Below are positions 24,901 through 37,612 of a stretch of DNA of 64,000 bases, in pieces. Under the pieces are notes generated by a model. The model was not told where the DNA came from. It worked only from the letters and a program-made list of their open reading frames with translations, and did not search any database. The position numbers were made by a program, and so were the translations under genes. How positions within the stretch are numbered: position 1 is the first letter of the stretch; each line of letters opens with the position of its first letter. This DNA is from Scyliorhinus canicula. Its lineage: Eukaryota. The stretch is from NCBI RefSeq assembly GCF_902713615.1, contig NC_052157.1:58416325-58480324 (forward strand), read 5' to 3'.

Positions 24901-26480
24901 CCCCCCCCCCCCCACCCCAGACTCTATTCAATTGTCCCACCACCTTTCCCATGGACACCAACCCAGACTCCATCTGAAATCTCTGCCTCTCCTTTAGCAG
25001 CGCCTCCTCAGGCATTGCTCAGTAACTCCGGTTCACCCCAGAATGACCTTCACCAATCTCAACCTCTCAGCCTGCTCCACGCTCTCCTTCTGCGCCCGAA
25101 TTGAGATAAATTCTCCACTTACCACCACCTTCAGTGCCTCCCACAGCGTAGAGGCAGAAACCTCCCCCATCTTATTTTGCTCCAATAATTCCGGATGGCC
25201 ACCCTCACCCTTTCGCAAACTCCCTTATCAGTCAATAGCCCCACATCCATCATCCACTGCAGCAGCTAGGCATCCCCCTTTGCCAATGCAGTGCATGGTC
25301 TGACACCCCAATCACCGAATACTTTGATCCAACCAGCCCCACCATCACACCAGATCTAAGACAAAGAAATCAATCCAGGAGTATACCCGGTGCACATGTG
25401 AAAAATACGAAAGCATCTTCACCCTCGACCTCTCAAACCCCCTATGAGTCTGAAGGCCCCCCCCCCCCCCCCCCCCCCCCCCCCGCCGGTGCATTTCATA
25501 AACCCCAACAGCTCCTTTGCCATGGTGGAAACCTTCAGGAACCTAGGCCGCAACTGGTCCAACCCAAGATCCGGAACCGTATTAAAATCCTTCTCATTAT
25601 TAGCCGGTGCGTGTCCAGGCCAGGAATCTTCACTAAAACCCACCTCAGAAATTCTACATTGTCCCAATTTGGAGCATATGCGTTCACCAGCACCATGGGC
25701 AACCCCTCCAACCTTTCACACACCATCACAAACCTACCGCCCGGGTCAGTCAGACCACCCACCTCAAAAACCACCCTCTTATTGATCAACACTGCCACCC
25801 TCTCGTCTTCATATTCATCCCCGAATGGAACACCTACCCCAGCCAGCTCTTCCTCAGCCTCGTCTGATCCCCCAACTTCCTCTCCTGAAGAAATAGAACG
25901 TCCGCCTTCAAATCCCTTAAATGCACAAAAATGCGAGACCTTTTAATCAGGCCATTCAAACCCCAAACATTCACATAACCAACCGGGTGGGGGGCTCTCT
26001 GCTCACCCCTCCCTCTCCGATCAGCCATAGCCCCTCTTTAACCAGCTCGCACAGGTCCACACCTTGCTCACCCTGGGCTCTCCCCAAGATGTCTGCTGCC
26101 ATCTCCCCTTATTGAAATGTGCCACATGAACTCCACCCACATCGGCAGCCCCCCTACTCCCCTCCACCCCCCCCCCCATAAACAAAGAAAAAGAAAACCC
26201 AGCACTTCCCCTCCCCCACTCCCTCCACAGCTTGACCTCCCACTTCACGCACGTTAACTAGCCAACTAGCTAGCATGGTGGCTCCTAATCAAACTGTCGC
26301 CTACCCCCCTTTCTCCCAGCCACCATTCACTCGCACTTCCCCAAGACACCCTTTACCCCCACTTACCCACTCAGCATCCAAACACAGTAAGTACAACAAT
26401 CTGCCCGGCGTACACACCCACAATCCCCAAAGTTCAATGCCCTCACACTACTCCCAGTCCATGGTCTCATAAATTCACTT
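21945..26480 (-). mobile_element. L1-type LINE ORF2 and 3' end (degenerate)
   Basis: VNVWGLNGLIKRSRIF..DVLFLQE (EN), ALGPDGFPVEFYKTF..YRPISLLNVDAKVLA..DQTGFVK (RT). AATAAA/A-rich 3' end at about 21945-21965. Long C/G homopolymers inside. Confidence 0.9.
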
Positions 26481-26559
26481 ACCTCCTCCAGTGAGTAGGT
26501 ATCTGTGCCAGATGACAAATTCTCTTCTTTTTCTTTAGATTCCGCACTATGAACATTAA

Positions 26560-28235
26560 CCTGTCTAGACGCCTGTTTGGCAGATTTAAATGCGAGTAAT
26601 GATCTGCACTGAGCAGCAAAATAGTTTAAGTTGCCACATTGTGAGCATTGTTTTCCTCTGGCAGGTCATTTGTTTTGGAAGTGGGAGGTTCCACACCTTG
26701 AATACGTCATGACGTTGATGTCATTACGCACAACACATCTTCGCGCATGCGCAGATCGCCTCTCATCAGTCTCGCATTTTTTTCACAAACTGTGCATGTT
26801 CAGTGTTTGAGTCCGCGCCCGCAAGATGGCTGCCAACCGAAACGTGCATCTTCTTCAACTGCGACACCGCTTTTACACACTCAACCTCATGGTGGATTTT
26901 CGCGCCCATTTCATGGACATAATACTCTTGGTACTGATTCTTGCATTGTTGATGAGCAAGGCATTTTTCGATTGCTATTTCTAACGTTAAATCTTTTTGT
27001 CTCAGTAATCTCTCTCTCTGAGGTGCTCATCATTGATACCAAACACTATTTGGTCCCGAATTAAAGAATCATGCAGTGCTGGAAAGTTCCAGGATTGTGC
27101 AGCAGTCTTAGATCTGTTCCAAAGCTGTTGAACAATTACCCCTTGTTTTGTCATCTTTTTATGAAAAATTAGGCGTTCAAACGTCTTATTAGTCTGCATC
27201 TTACAGTGGTCGTCGGATTTACATCAAACTTCGTTTTGTCCTGACCCACAGAGTATTGAAGGGCAGCACGGTAGCATAGTGGTTAGTACAATCCAGGGTC
27301 CCAGGTTCAATTCCCGGCTTGGGTCACTGTCTATGCGGAGTCTGTATGTTCTCCCCGTGTGTGCGTGGGTTTCCTCCGGGTGCTCCGGTTTCCTCCCACA
27401 GTCCAAAGATGTGCAGGTTAGGTGGACTGGTCATGCTAAATTGCCCTTAGTGTCCAAAATTGCCCTTAGTGTCATGTGGGGTTACTGGGTTATGGGGATA
27501 GGGTGGAGGTGTGGGCTTGAGTAGGATGCTCTTTCCAAGAGCCAGTGCAGACTCGGTGGGCCGAATGGCCTCCTTCTACACTGTAAATTCTATGAAAAGA
27601 GTTGTAAATTTCTATTGCATTTTGACCAGCCATAGATAATAGCAGTGTAATTTTGCAAGCATCGTTGCATTAGTTAAATCAGTTGGTTCCAGGTAAATTA
27701 AATTTGAAATTGCTGTTTAAACAGCCACCAGTTTGAATTCAAATTACTGGTTATCCTTAGGTGTCGAGGAGCTTGAGTTTTGCCCATCAAGTCATTTGTC
27801 TTCGAAGGTCTTGTTTGTTGATGCTTCTCGAGTCGAATAGCTGCTGAGGTTTCTTCTTTTTCTGATCTTACTATATACCAGCCAAAACCTGGTACCATGT
27901 TATCGTTTCTTTTTGCTTTATGTTTCCAGAATGATCCGATGGTGTGATTCTCAAGAAACCACCAATCTTTAACTCAAAGCAAAATAGGTTTAATGAATAA
28001 CGAATTAAATAATGTTAAGTTTGTTCGCTCTTACAGAACCACAACTAGTGAATAAGTAATTCAGAATAAAGTATTAATTATATTTTACAACACGTGCTAA
28101 CTATGCTATCATCTCTCTGACACACCGCTGTCTAATCACTCCTGGTTCGAAGAGACCCAAGATCCTTTGAGTTGACATATTTATACATGAATCTAGTGCT
28201 GCCATCTAGTGGGTGTATTCTATATGTACATATCA
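26560..28235 (-). mobile_element. Truncated Gypsy element (5' LTR 27898-28235, PBS, gag) inserted between L1 ORF1 and ORF2
   Basis: On minus: TG..gataaca followed by TGGTACCAGG (PBS-like, 27897-27888). gag peptides MGKTQAPRHLRITSNLNSNWWLFKQQFQI and SLIRDQIVFGINDEHLRE. Confidence 0.72.
27261..27595 (+). mobile_element. HE1/V-SINE-like SINE
   Basis: V-domain core and CR1-type tail. Confidence 0.87.
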
Positions 28236-29095
28236 CTAAACAGGGCAGCCTTGACCTGATTCAACCCAGCCTGCCGCTTGGCTAACTCCGTAGCCAAGCC
28301 CTGGTAGATCAGCAAGTACACTTCCTTCCTCGGTGCACTTTCTCATCTCCTTCGCCCACCTCAGAAACTTCTCCTTATCAAGAAAACAATCCAATTGCAC
28401 CACCATCGCCCTCGGCTGCTCCCCCACCTTTGGCATTCCCCTCAATGCTGTACGCTCGATCCAACTCGGGGGGGCTGGTCAAAGACACCCTCCCCCACCA
28501 AGTTCTCAAACCTATTCACTGCATACTTTGTGGCCTGCATTCCCTCAACCCTTTAAGGGAGCCCCACAATCGGGAAATTCTGCCTCTTGGAGCGATTCTC
28601 CAGGTCCTCCACCTTCACCCCCAGCCGCTTCTGCCCCTCTTTCACTAGCACCACCTCTGCCTCCAATGAGGCCAGCCAGTGCTCATGTTCCACCATCAAC
28701 TTCTCCACCCTCTGGAGCACTGAACCCTGCACCTCCAGCCTCTGCTCCATCCTCTCAATAGCCGCCCACAGTGGCTCCACCACTTTAGCCAGGTCCTCTG
28801 AGGTTTCCTGCCTGTGCTGCTGCAACTTTGCATTCAAGAAGTCCACTAGTTGCTCAGTAGATCGCATGGGGGTGCAACAACATCCCAGATCTCTCCGTCA
28901 CCTTTCCCTCTGTTGTACTTTAAAAGAACCTCCCGGCCAGACTGCTGCTCTTGCTCGTTACACTCCTCGTCTGATAAGCCATAAATCGGCCACATCGGAG
29001 GAGCACTTCTATCCCTCAGTGTTCACACACCTCACACCAGCAGACACCCCTAAAGTGGATGAAACAATTCGTCCTCGAGCGGAAACCACCAAATC
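28236..29095 (-). mobile_element. L1-type ORF1 (coiled coil + RRM), degenerate
   Basis: ..KVEDLENRSKRQNFPIVGLP and PRAMVVQLDCFLDKEKFLRWAK resemble L1 ORF1p. Confidence 0.82.
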
Positions 29096-29283
29096 ATAGA
29101 ATCATAGAAACGTTACAGCACAGAAGGAGGCCATTCGTCCCATTGTGTCCACAACAGCGCTAGGATACCCAGGTGCCCTTTCTAATCCCACCTTCCTGCA
29201 CCTGATCCAGAGTCCTGTGGCTTAGAGCACTTAAGGTGAGTTGTGAAGAGCTCAATTTTGTCCTGAGTCCTGTGAGGAATATT

Positions 29284-29487
29284 TGTTTTTAAATTTAGAG
29301 TACCCAATTCGTTTTTTCCAATCGAGGGGTAATTTAGAGCGGCCAATCCACCTAACCTGCATATCTTTGGGTTGTGGGGGCGAAACTCATGCAAACATGG
29401 GGAGAATGTGCAAACTCCACACGGACAGTGACCCAGAGCTGGGATCGAACCTGGGACCTCGGCGCCGTGGGGCAGCAATGCTAACCA
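29284..29487 (-). mobile_element. SINE (short type, 5'-truncated)
   Basis: 16-bp TSD TCCTGTGAGGAATATT at 29268-29283 and 29488-29503. Confidence 0.9.
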
Positions 29488-29499
29488 TCCTGTGAGGAA

Positions 29500-30273
29500 T
29501 ATTCAGGCAGGAAGTAGTTGAAAAGCACTCTCTCTCAGCTCTCTCTCCCAGGCGATGTAAGAGGCCCCTAGCCAGATCTGTGGAAGGCATTCCTATTTAA
29601 AAGACGGCTGGCAATAGCCAGACCTGTTAAGGGGAACACTGGAATGAAAGACTACGAGCAAGTTTTCTCACCAGGTCTGGAACAGTTTCATCCTCTGCCT
29701 GAATGGCTGGGAAAAGCCAAGTCTGAGGACTATCTTCACAATACAGTCAGAGTCTCTGCGCAGAGATCAGACTAGCAGAAAAAGCTGTAAATCTCAGGTA
29801 TGGAGCTCCAGTAATATCTCAGTGAGATAGGGGCTGCATCTGGTGGTCGAAGGATAGAATTGCACCAACATGAATCTGTGTAATTCGATGACCCAGAGGA
29901 TCGCATTAGGAGAAGACGGGAGCTAGCAGAGACCACAACATCAGCAGCGAAGATTCAACTCAAAACCATTCCTTCAATTCCCATTTAATCCATCCCGCAC
30001 CTCTGCACCATGTGTCTGGGTGCACGGTGGGATGGGGTTTGGGGAATAGTTAGCCCATTGTTCCGTTATTTCTATTATATGTTCATCTTTTACTCTTGTT
30101 CTAAGTAAACAGCTTGTTAACGTTTCACTCATAAATCTGTAACTCATTGGAGCAGTCAAGAGTTAAAGATCTCAGGAAAATACACAAATTATTGGTTAAT
30201 TCACTTCTGTTGGGACTCCGGGGCATGTGGGGTTGGAACTGACCGTGCACCACTCACCCAGGGTGTCATAACA
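29500..30273 (+). mobile_element. Solo-LTR-like element
   Basis: Ends ..cccagggtgtcataaca. Shares its terminus with 14653 and 16021, and internal sequence (inverted) with 54480-54620. Confidence 0.6.
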
Positions 30274-30939
30274 CAGGGCAACACTCTCCCGACTGGATAC
30301 AATTGTGCCACCACCTCTGCTGGGTCTCTCCTGCTGGTGGCACAGGACATACCCAGGGATGGTGATGGCGGTTTCTAGGATATTATCGATAATCTGATTC
30401 CGTGAGTATGTTTACATCAGGCTGTTGCTTGACTAGCCTGTGAGGCATCTCTCCCAATTTTGACACCAGCCCCAGATGACAGTAGGAAGGGCTTTGGAGG
30501 GTTGACATGGCTGGGTTTGCCATTGTCATTTTTGGTGCCCCAGTCAATGCCAGGTGCACCACCTGGTTTCATTTCTTTTTGTTCCATTTGTAGCGGTTGA
30601 ATGGGTGTAAATTCCAGGAATGCGGCAGGAGGGAAGGGCTGAGAGGAGTGGCTTGGAATTGCTTTCGGAAGGAGCAATCACAGAGATGATTGGTTGAATA
30701 GCTTCCGAAATTGCAGTAACCACTTTCGTTCCGAGAATTTTTGTCAATCTCAGCCCCATCAGAATGTTTCTGGTAAGATGTAACGGTGGAAGAAAGAATT
30801 TGAGGAACAAACACTGTTTCTGAAAGTTTATATATTTAGTTCATCAAATTGAGAAGTTTGCATTTCATTTCATTTTTCTTTCTCATTCCCACTTCCTAAT
30901 TTAGACAATGGTCAGGATTGCAGTAATTTGCACAGCACT

Positions 30940-31260
30940 CGGAGTGTTAGTACTGAGGGAATGTTGCACTGTTGGAGGGTCAGTTATGAGGGAGATCAGC
31001 ACTGTCAGAGGGTCAGCACTGGGGGAAATCTGCTCTGTTATAGGGTCATTCCTGAGGGAGGTCAGTTCTGTCGGAGGATTGGTACAGAAGATGATCTGCA
31101 CTTTCGAAGGGTCCATACCGAGGGAAATCTGCATTGTCGGAGGGTCAGTACTGCAGGAGATTTGCACTGTTGAAGGGTCAGTACTGAGAGAGTGTTGGAC
31201 TGTCGGAGGCTCAGTACTGAGGGAGATCTGCACTGTGCGAGGATCAGTACTGGGAAATTA
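30940..31260. repeat. Degenerate copy of the 33-bp minisatellite (about 10 units)
   Basis: Periodic gagggtcagtactgaggga..ctgcactgt motifs. Confidence 0.85.
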
Positions 31261-31575
31261 CTACAATTGACAGTGTCAATACTCAGTAGTGTTGCACTGT
31301 GCATAGAGTGATAAGACTTTTAGGAAGAAAAAAAATGAAGAACGTGCATTTCTCTAGCACCTTTCACCACATCAGGACATCCCAAAGTTCATGTCTCTTC
31401 CTCGGCTCTTGAACTAGAAAGACGTTCTGTACGACAGACTTGAGCCTCAGACCCAGATATCAATACTAAGTGGAAACCGTTCAAAGGCATCAATCATTGG
31501 AACCTGTCTTTATAAATTTGCAACATCAACAAAGGACAATGTTGGTTGTAGAATTCCAATCATTATGTTACTTAC

Positions 31576-31716
31576 CCAGCAGCTATCTGACTGCTCGCTT
31601 GTGGATTAATTTACGACACGCTCTTCCTGGTCTGAATGAGCTCTTCCTGTTCCGCTCCCTCTGTGTATTTAATTGGAAAGTGTTAATGCGTGACTGTGAG
31701 TCAAAATGAGGAAGTT
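31576..31716 (-). promoter_or_regulatory. Putative promoter and non-coding exon 1 of Siglec-like gene A
   Basis: GTAAGT donor at 31575-31570, AT-rich TATA-like box at about 31665-31672, ETS/PU.1-type AAAATGAGGAAGT at 31703-31715. Homologous to 50432-50578 and (inverted) 52095-52235. Confidence 0.65.
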
Positions 31717-31856
31717 ATCACAGTGATGAAACAGCATTGTTCTCTCAGGAAGAAAATCCCACAGACTAATAACCTTTGAAATAAAAAATCCTCCTCACCT
31801 CTGTCTTACATGGGAGACCTGACATTTTGAATTTGTGCCCCCTTGTTCTAGATTCT

Positions 31857-32190
31857 GGGGGCGACAAGGGGTACAGTGGTTAGCACTGCTGCCTCACAGT
31901 GCCAGGGACCCAGGTTCAATACTAGCCTTGGGTGACTGTGTGGAGTTTACATATTCTCCCCGTGTCTGCGTGGGCTTCCTCCGGGTGTTCCAATTTCCTC
32001 CCACAGTCCAAAGATGTGCAGGTTACGTGGATTGGCCATGATAAATTGTCCCTTAGTGTCCAACGGTTAGGTGGGGTTATGGGGTTACAGGGAGAGGGTA
32101 GGGGATTGGGCCTAGTAGGGTGATCTTTCAGAGGGTTGGTGTCGACTCAATGGGCTAAATGACCTCCTTCTGCACTGTACGGATTCTATG
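31857..32190 (+). mobile_element. HE1/V-SINE-like SINE
   Basis: V-domain core and tail. Confidence 0.87.
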
Positions 32191-32379
32191 GTTTCAGGAC
32201 GAGGGGAAATATCTTCTCAGCATCCACCCCTCTTCAGACCACCTCAGAATCTCCTATGTTCCAATAAGATCACCTCTCATTCTTTTAAACGCCTGTGAGT
32301 ATAGACCCAACTTGCTCAACCTTTCCTCATTAGATGAATCCCCTTCATCTCCGGAACCAGCCTAGTAAACATTCTCTGA

Positions 32380-35140
32380 ACTGCCTGCAATGCAACATAG
32401 AGGAATAAGAGCGATAATATATGCAGCTGGGGTCAAGGCATTGGGGGCAACGGCTTTAGCTATGGATCTGCATGTCCAAGGCCTGGGGTATTCTGTGCAG
32501 GTGGGGTCCCAGGCACAGGACAGGGTTGCTGCCTCACAGGCAGCCAAGTGCCAGGGCCACCTGGTCGTTGCAGTGGCAATACTGAGCGTGGCCCAGTCAT
32601 AGCAGACCATGGCTGAGAACATTGGCGACATTGGCCAGGTACTGGCCGACATGGTGCAGACACATAGTGAGGTGACCCAGTCCCAGAGGGAGATGGTGCA
32701 ATCACTAGCTGATGTGGCGCAGTCCCAGACGGAGATGGTCCACTCTCTGTGCTCCATGGTCACAAGAATGCAGACCCTGGTCCAAACCTGGGCTGGCCTC
32801 CTTGCCATGCAGTGCGAGTTGTCAGGGGAGCCTCAGGGGATAGCTCCACTCGCACCTAGTCCCATGGAGTAGCCCAGGGGTCATGGGGCCCCCCGATGGA
32901 GGAGGAGGTGATGGGACCCGTTGCTGTGACTCCCGCAGGGGAGGTGCTGGAACACTGCAGCACTTCAGACTCCCCCTCCATCCTGTCTCTGGTGTATCTG
33001 GTGGGCAGCGGGCAGAGCAGGTTGGCACCACGACACCCAGGATGCCCGAGCAGCATCGGGGCCCATTCAGGCCCGGTCTCCCCAGAACACGGCCGCCAAG
33101 GGGGAACACAGGGCGGGAATCACAGCAGACTGCCTCCACTCCTACTGTACATTCTGGGGATTCACCAAGACGTAATGTTAGGGCCCGTAAGGCCAGGAGG
33201 CTTGACACCAATTAAGTTGGCACGGGTGCAGGGCACAGTTTAGCTGTATGGGCTGAGGCACTAACCTGTAAATTCCTTGTCACATTAAACACCCGTTCAC
33301 ACTGTTATAACCTGCCTTGGTGTTCTGTCAGAATGGTGTGGAGGCGGGCCGGTCTGGGCGGCCAGAGAGGAGATGCAGTGGTGGGGGAATGGGTGGACGT
33401 TGTGGGTTGCCTGGTCTCTCCACCTTTCCCACCCCCCTCTCCCCCACTCTCCACCGTCACCCCAGGGGTCCGATGGCACCGTGTGATGGAATGGCCAGCT
33501 CGCATGCAGGGACCACCCAGGTGGATGATGGAAAGTGTTACCGTGGGCAGGAGCTTATCGCAGATAATGGACCCTCCATCTAATGGACCAGATCCAGTGT
33601 TACTGCCAACCCAAGGCCTGCATCTGTAGTGTGGAGTGGTGTATCATGGAGGGGGTTTCAGGCGGGGGGAGGGTGTGGGGATGGGATGCGGTGCCCAGGT
33701 GTACGTGCTCCTGTCCAGTTTTCCCACCCCCGCTCCCCCACAGTCGGTGAACCTGGAGGCGATCAGAGCGCCCCATGTGCATTGGCCCAGGCCCACACAG
33801 AATGCCTGCTTCGGCCCCATGTCCTGCCCATCCTCCCCCTCCCCTGCATGCTCCTTGTTGGACGAGGCCTGGCGTTAATCCTCCTCCTCCAGTATGTCGC
33901 CCCTCTGCTGCGCGATGTTATGGAGGGCGCAGCAAGCCACCGCGGTGGGCGACCCTCTCAGCATCATACCACATCTTCAGGAGCCCGAAGCATCGCTCGA
34001 TCATGCCCTGGTTGCAGCTTGGGCGTCATTGTAGCAGGTCTTGCCGTGGGTCTGTGGCCTACGGATAGGAGTCATCAGCCATGACTGCAGTGGATAACCT
34101 GTCACACAGGAGCCAAACACCCCAACCGGGGGGTACATCTTAAACATATCAGGACTGGTTGAGTGTGCCAGGATGAAGGCATCGGGCACACTTCCTGGGT
34201 ATCGTGCGCAGACGTTTATGATGCGCAGCTGATGGTCACACACCAGCTGCACGTTCATCGAGTGGAACCCTTATCGGTTTATGTTGAGTGGTCTGTCATC
34301 TGCTGGTGCTTGTCGGGCGACATGCATCCCATCGATCACCCCATGGATCTGGGGCATGATAGCAATGGCGATGAACCCTGTTGCCCGGGCACCCTAGTGG
34401 GCTCGGTCCACATTGAAGTGGATGTATTGTGCCGAATGGGAAAATAGGGCCTCCGTGACGGCACGGACACACCTGTGCACCGAGATCTGTGAGATCCCGG
34501 ACAGCTGCCCACTCGGCGCCTGGAAGGACCCAGTGCCGTAAATGTTCTGGGCCACTGGCACCTTGATGGCCACCGGGAGTGGGTGTCCTCCACCATACCC
34601 CCACAGTTCCAGGTGTGCCATGATCGTGCAGATATGTCGCACTGTCTCCCGGCTCAGCCAGAATCTTTAACGGCATGCCCGGTCCGGCAGGTCCTCAAAT
34701 GACAGGCGCTGCCTGTACGCACGAGGTCTCATGCGGTGCCTCTGTGGCACCTGCTCCTACTCGGCCTGTTGGGCGACCAACACTACATCCTGGTTGGCTG
34801 CCTCTTGTTCCTCTGGGTCATGCTCCACTGCTGCCTGGTCCGCTGCTGCAGATTCCTCCTCCTCCCCGAGCAGCTCCATCTCGTACAGCCGCAGGACATC
34901 CCCCAGGGCTGCGGTTACCAGCAGGAAGGCCACCATTGTTGGTTGAATTCCAATATCCATTGGCTGCAGAGGGTGAAAGGCCGAAATGTTAGCATGGTCC
35001 TACCCTGTGCTCAACCAGGTCCGATGGGCTACATGGTGGTCCCGGCTGGCACCGTGGGCTCTGCTCCCGTGTTTTCCCTCCATCTTCGCACTTCCGGTCT
35101 CGTCATTGCCCGGCAACATGAGGACTCTAGCCCTGGCACC
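32380..35140. mobile_element. Degenerate PIF/Harbinger transposon (transposase on minus, second gene C-terminal part on plus)
   Basis: NVQLVCDHQLRIINVCARYPGSVPDAFIL..GYPLQSWLMTPIRRP (DDE_Tnp_4/HARBI1-like) at 34001-34258. GISQISVHRCVRAVTEALF at about 34430-34500. Heptad-rich ORF at 32609-32872. Confidence 0.85.
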
Positions 35141-35159
35141 TGTCCCTGATGCCAGGGGT

Positions 35160-36495
35160 TGGATTGGTTTATTGTCACGTGTACACTGAAAAGTAGTATT
35201 CTGCGTACAGTCCAGATTGTTCAGACATGAAAAAAAACATAGAGCGTACATAAATACACAATGTAAATACACAGACACAGGCATCGGGTGAAGCGTACAG
35301 GAGTGCAGTACTACTCAGTAGAGAAGACGTGTGAAGAGATCAAATCAGTCCATAAGAGGATTATTTAGGAGTCTGGTAGCAGGGGAGAATAAGCTGTTTT
35401 TGAATTTGTCAGTGCGTGTTCTCAGACTTTTGTATCTCCTGCCCGATGGAGGAAATTGAAAGAGTGAATAACCTGGGTGAGAGGGGTCTTTGATTATGCT
35501 GCCCACTTTCCCAAGGCAGCGGGAGGTGTAGACAGTGTCAATGGATGGGAGACGGATTCACGTGATGGACTGGGCTGTGTTCACGACTCTGTAGTTTCTC
35601 ACAGTGTTGGGCCGAGCAGTTGTCATACCAGGCTGTGATGCAGCAAGATGGGATGCTTTCTATGGTGCATCTGTAAAAGTCGGTGAGAGTCAATGTGGAC
35701 ATGCTGAATTTCCTTAGTTTCCTAAGAATGTATAGCTGCTGTTGTTCCTTGGTCACAGTGTCGACGTGGGTGGACCAGGACAGATTGTTGGTGATGTGCA
35801 CCCCTAGGAATTTGAAGCTATTAACCATCTCCATCTCGGCACTATTGATGCAGACAGAGGTGTGTACGATACTTAGCTTCCTGAAGTCAATGACCAGCTC
35901 TTTAGTTTGGCTGACATTGAGGGAGAGATTGTTGTCGTCACACCACTCCACTAGGTTCTCTATCTCCCTCTTGTATTCTGAGTCATCGATGTTCGAGATC
36001 CAACTCACTACGGTCGTGTCATCAACAAACCTGTAGATGCAGTTGGAAACAAAATTCACCACACAATTGTGTTTGTATAGGGAGTATAGTAGTGGCTAAG
36101 TACGCAGCCTTGTGGGGCCGCAGTATTGTGGAGGAGGTGTTGTTGTTTTTCCTTAATGATTGTGGTCTATGGGTCAGAAATTCAAGGATCCAGTTGCAGA
36201 GGGAGGAGCTCGGTCCTAAGTTTTGGAGCTTTGATATGAGGTTGCCTGGGATTATGGTGTTGAAGACGAAGCTGTAGTCAATGAATAGGATTCTGAGACA
36301 GGAGTCCTTATTGTTGAGGTGCTCCAGGGATGAGTGTAGGGCCATGGAGATGGTATCTGCTGTGGACCGGTTGCGGCCGTATGCAAATTGAAGTGGATCC
36401 AGGCATTCTGGGAGTATGGAGTTGATGCATCTCAAGACCAACCCCTTGAAGCACTTCATAACGATCGATGTCAAGACCACCGGACAATAGTTAGA
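35160..36495 (-). mobile_element. Rex1/Babar-type LINE RT, 5'-truncated
   Basis: [44 protein letters not shown], and [34 protein letters not shown]. Confidence 0.85.
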
Positions 36496-36897
36496 GTCAG
36501 CATGGATTAATGAAGGGAAAATCATGCTTGACAAATCTGTTGGAATTCTTTGAAGATGTAACCAGTACAGTTGACAAGGGGGAGCCAGTCAATGTGGTAT
36601 ATTTGGTCTCTCAGAAGGTGTTTGGCAAAGCCCCACTTCTCAGTGTCACCGCAGATGATTGTCACATGAGAGTTTCCAATCCTCACTCCCAAAAAAACAC
36701 GCTTTCAAATCTTCCTGCAAAAAACCCTTTCCATCAGCCGTTTGCATTTAAGAATCCACTCCAGGTTTTCCAACTGGCCTTTCAAACAAAGCATCTTTTA
36801 ACAAGGAGGCCAGCATCTGGCTTTCCATCTCTCCATTCAGGCTTCCTCTCTCGAGTTGCAACATGCATCCAAAATTCTACACAAACTCAGATACTCA

Positions 36898-37612
36898 GGG
36901 CGCGAATCTCCCAGAAAGGGAGAAATCGTAAGGCTGGCGTCAAATCCGGGCGGGTTTGACGCCAGCCTCCCCCTCCCCGACCGGGAACCGATTCTGGTCC
37001 CCGGTCGGGGCTAGTATGCCGCGGCCGTGAACTCCGGCATCGCGGGCTTAACGAATTTCGTTAAGCCCGCTTGCCAGAGTTTGCGACGGCTGACGCGTCA
37101 CATGACGTCAGCCGCGCATGCGTGGATTGAAAGACTCCAACCCGCGCATGCGTGGATGACATCATCGCGCATTTGCGCGAAACCCGCGCATGCGCGGGCT
37201 GGGATGCCCCTCAGCCGCCCCGCAAAGTGATACAGCGGGGCGGCGGAAGGACAAAGAGTGCGCGGGAATCGGACCCGCTGCGATCGCGGGCCCATGGCAC
37301 CCTTGGCACGGCCGTGGTACTGCCGTGCCAATCAGTGCCATGGTTGCCAAGATCGGGACTTTACGGCCGTTTTTATGAACGGCCAGACCAGGTGTGTTTG
37401 CCGTTCGTAAAAATGGCCGTAAAGGGCTTGGAATTCGGCCCATCGGCCAGCTGTGAATCGCTGCTCGCCGTAAAAAAACGGCGGCAGCGATTCGTGTCGG
37501 GAGTTGGGCGTGGGGGGGGGAGAATAGCGGGAGGGCGTCGGACTAGCGTGGCCGTAAAAATTTACGACCCCCGCTATTCTCCGCACCGTCGTGAGTGCGG
37601 AGAATTTCGCCC
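36898..37612. mobile_element. Harbinger-type MITE, 715 bp
   Basis: TIRs GGGCGCGAATCTCC / GGAGAATTTCGCCC and 3-bp TSD TCA (36895-36897, 37613-37615). Confidence 0.85.

Noticed and set aside
34001-34600. Host HARBI1 or MSANTD/NAIF1 genes
   Set aside because: Three or more fragmented, frameshifted copies with the transposon two-gene layout. These are Harbinger transposon remnants, not domesticated genes.
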